A DNA stretch of 63,053 nt, the filler included, from Aduncisulcus paluster (lineage: Eukaryota), in assembly GCA_024181965.1 (NCBI GenBank). It is 31 parts of 31 records of this genome, joined end to end, with 100 filler letters (N's around TTAATTAATTAA, not from the genome) between each part and the next. Parts side by side here need not be neighbours in the genome. Positions count along the whole stretch, not along the records: positions 57,799 to 60,241 come from BQXS01010318.1; positions 60,342 to 61,721 come from BQXS01010319.1; positions 61,822 to 63,053 come from BQXS01010320.1; 28 more parts are not named here. One strand, 5' to 3'. Below the pieces are notes generated by a model. That model searched no databases, was not told the DNA's origin, and worked only from the letters and a program-made list of their open reading frames with translations. The position numbers were made by a program, and so were the translations under genes. Below are positions 58,852 to 63,053 of this stretch, piece by piece (position 1 is the stretch's first letter; each line of letters begins with the position of its first letter).

Positions 58852-60230
58852 TATTTACCATCTATATCTTTTTTTGCTTGCTTAAGAATATCTGTTATTC
58901 GAACCTTTATCCAGTTTCTATCCATCCATTCTATTGGGTTAACTTCTACTCCTTGAATTAAAACTCCAAAATGTAAATGATCTCCAAAAACAGCACCTGT
59001 TGCACCTGTATGTGCAATCTTTTGATTTGAGGAAACTGTTTCGCCCACATCAACTTGTTGAGAACTTGTATGTGCATAAAGTGTTGCCAGTCCCATCCCA
59101 TGATCTATGATAATTGAATTTCCGTATAACCCTAAATAGTTTTTAAATACAACAATACCATCGTTTGATACTCGAACTGGTGCTTTTTTTACACTTGCCC
59201 AATCTACCCCTAAATGCCACGCTTCATTTATTTTTTCGCCATTTAAATAATAATGTCGTCTATCTCCATATCCGGCTACAGTTTTAGAACCTCGCAATCT
59301 TTTAAAAGCTTTAATATTAAAACTTTCAACCATTCTATTGTTAGTGTTTTTTTCAATAGTTTGCTCAATAGTTTTAACATTTTTTTCTCGTAATTCTCTA
59401 TTCGAATAGATAAATATATCTTCTAAATTATCTGGTATTTTTTCAAAACTTTGCTCTAAAACACTTGCACTTACATTTTTAATAAATTTTTCGCTTACAG
59501 TAATATTATCATTTTTAACTGTCTTCCTTTGGATATAAAAAGGGACTTTAGTTATTGTCTTATTATCAGCTTTATCTGTAACAATCAAATTTACTCTGTT
59601 AAATGATGTTATATCCATAGGCCAAGCCACAAGCGCAACATAATAGTTTTCTTTATGATATGGTGTCAATTTAAAGTTTTTTATATCATTGAAAGAGATA
59701 TATGCATCTTTTAAATTTTCATCTTGAACTTTTACAACAACAACTGCACTACCACCTCTTTGTATATATCGAGAATTTCCAAGAACATTCGCAATCGGTT
59801 TTTTTGTATCAATACTTACATCAATATTTTGAATAACTTTATTACCCTCAAGAAAGTTCCATTTGCTATTATCAACTACTTCTACTTCTAGAGTTGTATT
59901 TTGCCCTTTGTAAAACATATCTAATTTTGGTGGTTTAATACTAAGAGTAATCTCTTTTTCTGTTTTCTTCATCACTTCTTGAGCTAATACTATATCTTTT
60001 GCTCCATCTTTAAAAGTAACTTTATAATATTTAATCCCACTATCATCTTTTAACTTTATCTCTACAGGAGATTTCAAATTCCAATAAATGTTATCTTTTG
60101 ATTCTACAGTTGGCTTATTTTGCTCAAAAGCAGGTGAGAGATATAAGTAAGCTACTCCTATAATAATTGCAATAATTACTACACTTATAATGATACCCAA
60201 TGGGCTATTTCTATTTTTTTTAAATGTCAA
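58851..60230 (-). CDS. M23 family metallopeptidase, Campylobacterota type
   Basis: N-terminal TM segment, HLGVD, YAH, HLHF; 1-bp overlap with lpxC. Confidence 0.95.
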   Translation of the reverse strand: MTFKKNRNSPLGIIISVVIIAIIIGVAYLYLSPAFEQNKPTVESKDNIYWNLKSPVEIKLKDDSGIKYYKVTFKDGAKDIVLAQEVMKKTEKEITLSIKPPKLDMFYKGQNTTLEVEVVDNSKWNFLEGNKVIQNIDVSIDTKKPIANVLGNSRYIQRGGSAVVVVKVQDENLKDAYISFNDIKNFKLTPYHKENYYVALVAWPMDITSFNRVNLIVTDKADNKTITKVPFYIQRKTVKNDNITVSEKFIKNVSASVLEQSFEKIPDNLEDIFIYSNRELREKNVKTIEQTIEKNTNNRMVESFNIKAFKRLRGSKTVAGYGDRRHYYLNGEKINEAWHLGVDWASVKKAPVRVSNDGIVVFKNYLGLYGNSIIIDHGMGLATLYAHTSSQQVDVGETVSSNQKIAHTGATGAVFGDHLHFGVLIQGVEVNPIEWMDRNWIKVRITDILKQAKKDIDGK

Positions 60231-60341
60231 GATATTTCCTCNNNNNNNNNNNNNNNNNNNNNNNNNNNNNNNNNNNNNNNNNNNNTTAATTAATTAANNN
60301 NNNNNNNNNNNNNNNNNNNNNNNNNNNNNNNNNNNNNNNNN

Positions 60342-61721
60342 CTGCACAGCTCACGGCCCAAGAAGGTGGCCGCCCAAGCAAAGGGACTGTCGAAAGAAGA
60401 ACTGGGACAGCAAATTGAGGCTGCTTTGAATAGTAAACATAATTATTGTTATCCGTTGATCTTAAAGATACACTGCAGATATGCACATGTGTTCGATCTG
60501 AGTGAACTGCCACCGGCTAGATACAAGCCGTTCAAGGTCATCTTACAGGATGGCGCAGAGGTGAAGAAGAGTTCACTGAGACAGATACCCTGGACGAAAG
60601 GTCCCTTGTTAGAGGAAGAACTCAGCAAGTTGAAGAAAATGGGAACGATCATTGAGATCAAACATGAAACACGGTACGTTAGTGCCATTGTCCTGGCCCC
60701 AAAGGGAGATGGAATTCGTTTGTGTGTGGACTATAGACCACTGAATGCAGCAACGGTAACCTTGCACCGAGCAGTGGCTCGTGTTGACGAGGTGGTAAGA
60801 ATGCTGCATGGCAAGAAGTTGTTCATCATATTGGACTTGAAGTCAGGATACCACCAGGTACTTGTTGAAGAGGAGAGTCGAGAATTGACTACTTTTATAA
60901 CCAAGTTTGGCACCTTTCAATATGTGAGAATGCCATTCGGTTTGAAGAATGCACCAGCGTATTTCACGATGATGCTAGAGGATATTCTAGTAGGACTGGT
61001 GAGAGTCAGTTGTCTAATATATATCGATGATATAATTGTCTTCGGAGAGAATCTCCCAGAACTGATCTCCAACTATGTGAAGGTGTTGGACCGCTTGTCA
61101 AAGGCAAACATGAAAGTCAACGTGTTGAAAATGCAACTCGTTTGTGAAGAGGTCAAGTACCTTGGATATATGATCAGTGGGAAGGGAATTGCCGCTTCAG
61201 AAGAGAAGATAGAGCAATTAGATAAACTGCATGTGATCACTAACAAAAGTGAATTGAAGTCTCTGTTGGGACTTGCAGCTTATCTCAGCCCCTTTATCCC
61301 ATGTTATGCCGCGAGGACAAAATGCCTGTCATGCTTGTTGAAAGACAAGGTCCCGTTCGAGTGGGGAACGGAACAGCAAGAAGCTGTCGATGGAATCATT
61401 GAGACACTCAAGATCAGAACGAGGCTGGCACAGCCAGACCCAGAAGCTGAATTCCACCTGTATACAGATGCTTCCTGTGTGGGAGTCGGTGGAGTGCTCT
61501 TTCAAAAGAAAGGTGATAAAGAAGAGATTCTAGAGATCGTGTCAAAGACATTGTCAGAAGTAGAGACACGCTGGCCCATCATGGAGCTGGAAGCGTTTGC
61601 TATCTTCTACTGTATAAAGAGGTTGAGATATTTCCTCTTGGGAAAACCTTTCGTGGTCCATACTGACCACCTGAATCTGACGTTCATAAAGTCAGCGACG
61701 AAAGCTAAAGTGCAGAGATGG
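60342..61721 (+). mobile_element. Ty3/gypsy pol fragment: reverse transcriptase plus RNase H
   Basis: RLCVDYRPLN, LDLKSGYHQ, MPFGLKNAP, YIDD, TDAS, ELEAFAI, TDH; uninterrupted. Confidence 0.97.
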
Positions 61722-62398
61722 NNNNNNNNNNNNNNNNNNNNNNNNNNNNNNNNNNNNNNNNNNNNTTAATTAATTAANNNNNNNNNNNNNNNNNNNNNNN
61801 NNNNNNNNNNNNNNNNNNNNNAATCAACTCGGGGATGTTCCTCTCCGAAAATAATCCCTTTCTCGTATTCTTTATTATTGGTGTTGAATCGAATCACAAT
61901 AATTATATTTTAGTGCAAAAGACCATAATTTTGTTTTTGCTTGGCTTGTTGATTCTGAATTTCCTTTTCATGCTTATCGAATCTTCATAAATAATATCCG
62001 GCATTCTCTGAAACATCGAATTACGACTAAGCAAAGATTAGGCAAAGAAAATACTTTATTAGACACATGTTTATGATTCTTATTGACGTCAACTCTGGGT
62101 CTGAGTTGAAGAACTCCAATATAATATTTATCTATTCAAGACGACAAAAGAGAAAGAGATATAATGATCTATGTGTCTACCACAGCACATGATATACAGA
62201 CACTAACTGTGCCAACAACCAATACTCAGTCACTCTATGATTGAGTCGATCGAAAAGGGTAGGGGAAACATATGAGTTGAAAGAGATGAAAAAAACTATA
62301 GAAATGATGAGGAGATTCTCCTAAAGAATGAACAATCCAAAGTGTTTAACAATGTTAACAATGCTGATAATAAAAGATATCGAACGAATAACAACACC

Positions 62399-63053
62399 TT
62401 AAAACTCGTCAGGAAGCAGACTGATGGGACTCTGTTGATCAATTGATTCGTGCTCAGTTCCAGAGATGTCTGCCTTCAGCATTCCATCATAAGGGTTCTC
62501 CAAAGAATCGGGGTGGATATCATGAGTCAAAGAAGATGGTGCTCCGAAGGAAAGACGCTCTTCAAGCAAAATATCTCCGAGCTCAACAGTCTCCTTAATT
62601 TCTTCCTCCTCACCACGCTTACGTTTCTCGATCACATGTGAAACGTAATCAATGACAACTCGCACGGCCACTGTATTATGGGTGTGGAAAGGAATGATCA
62701 AGTTTGCATGCATTTTGGAGGGTTCGATGAATTGGTCATGGGAAGGTTTCACAGTGGAAAAATACTGTGTTAACACAGAGTGCAGATCTCTGCCACGGCT
62801 TGCGATGTCTCGTTTGATTCTCCTTGCAAGACGAATGTCAGCATCAGTTTGGACATACACACGGATATCCAACAAGGGGCGCAAAGCATCATGGGAAAGC
62901 ACAAGAATACCCTCAAGAATGATGACGGATGCATCGGAAATTTTTGTGGCCTTATCAACACGAGCTCTTGTGACAAAATCATAGTGTGGGATCCAAACAT
63001 CATCACCGCGTCTGGCACGGGCGAGGGTTGACATAAGAAGTGTCCAATCAAAT
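62399..63053 (-). CDS. Uridine/cytidine kinase, 5' truncated
   Basis: P.YDFVT..R, VIILEGILV, DADIRLARRIKRD...RGR, VKP....FIEPSK..A..IIP. Confidence 0.93.
   Translation of the reverse strand, partial: FDWTLLMSTLARARRGDDVWIPHYDFVTRARVDKATKISDASVIILEGILVLSHDALRPLLDIRVYVQTDADIRLARRIKRDIASRGRDLHSVLTQYFSTVKPSHDQFIEPSKMHANLIIPFHTHNTVAVRVVIDYVSHVIEKRKRGEEEEIKETVELGDILLEERLSFGAPSSLTHDIHPDSLENPYDGMLKADISGTEHESIDQQSPISLLPDEF

Noticed and set aside
60342-61721. Bacterial RT system (retron or DGR) beside the Arcobacter-like genes
   Set aside because: The motifs are typical Ty3/gypsy RT-RNase H, and the contig is separate
1195-61821. Regularly recurring TTAATTAATTAA as a biological repeat or CRISPR-like array
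   Set aside because: It is always embedded in fixed-length N runs, so it is an artificial joiner

Overview
This window is not one locus. It is about 31 short contigs joined by an artificial N-run/TTAATTAATTAA/N-run spacer with stops in all six frames, so gene order across spacers is meaningless and ORFs ending in X or 'LIN' are truncated. Most contigs come from an AT-rich, intron-poor eukaryote. Their genes include alpha-COP, a BEACH-WD40 protein, a Tousled-like kinase, BI-1, a SUN-domain protein, uridine kinase, LRR proteins, an MFS transporter and an intron-containing PLP enzyme of bacterial type. The style suggests an anaerobic metamonad such as Aduncisulcus (inference). Three contigs are bacterial: a lambda-type terminase pair, an alpha-2-macroglobulin/pbpC pair that looks Desulfovibrionaceae-like, and an M23-lpxC-tsaB cluster that looks Arcobacter-like. 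Transposon debris is abundant (Ty3/gypsy with chromodomain, MULE, hAT, PIF/Harbinger, a possible zinc-finger non-LTR element). The main signals missed by the ORF track are: (1) a family of very short candidate LTRs (61-101 bp) with positionally conserved TATA and poly(A) blocks; (2) two candidate structured ncRNAs (about 13285-13800 and 55943-56193); (3) a histone H3-tail mimic on a non-histone protein; (4) OTU-protease/zinc-finger ORFs; (5) several frameshifted gene copies. All homology calls come from motif recognition by eye, not database searches.
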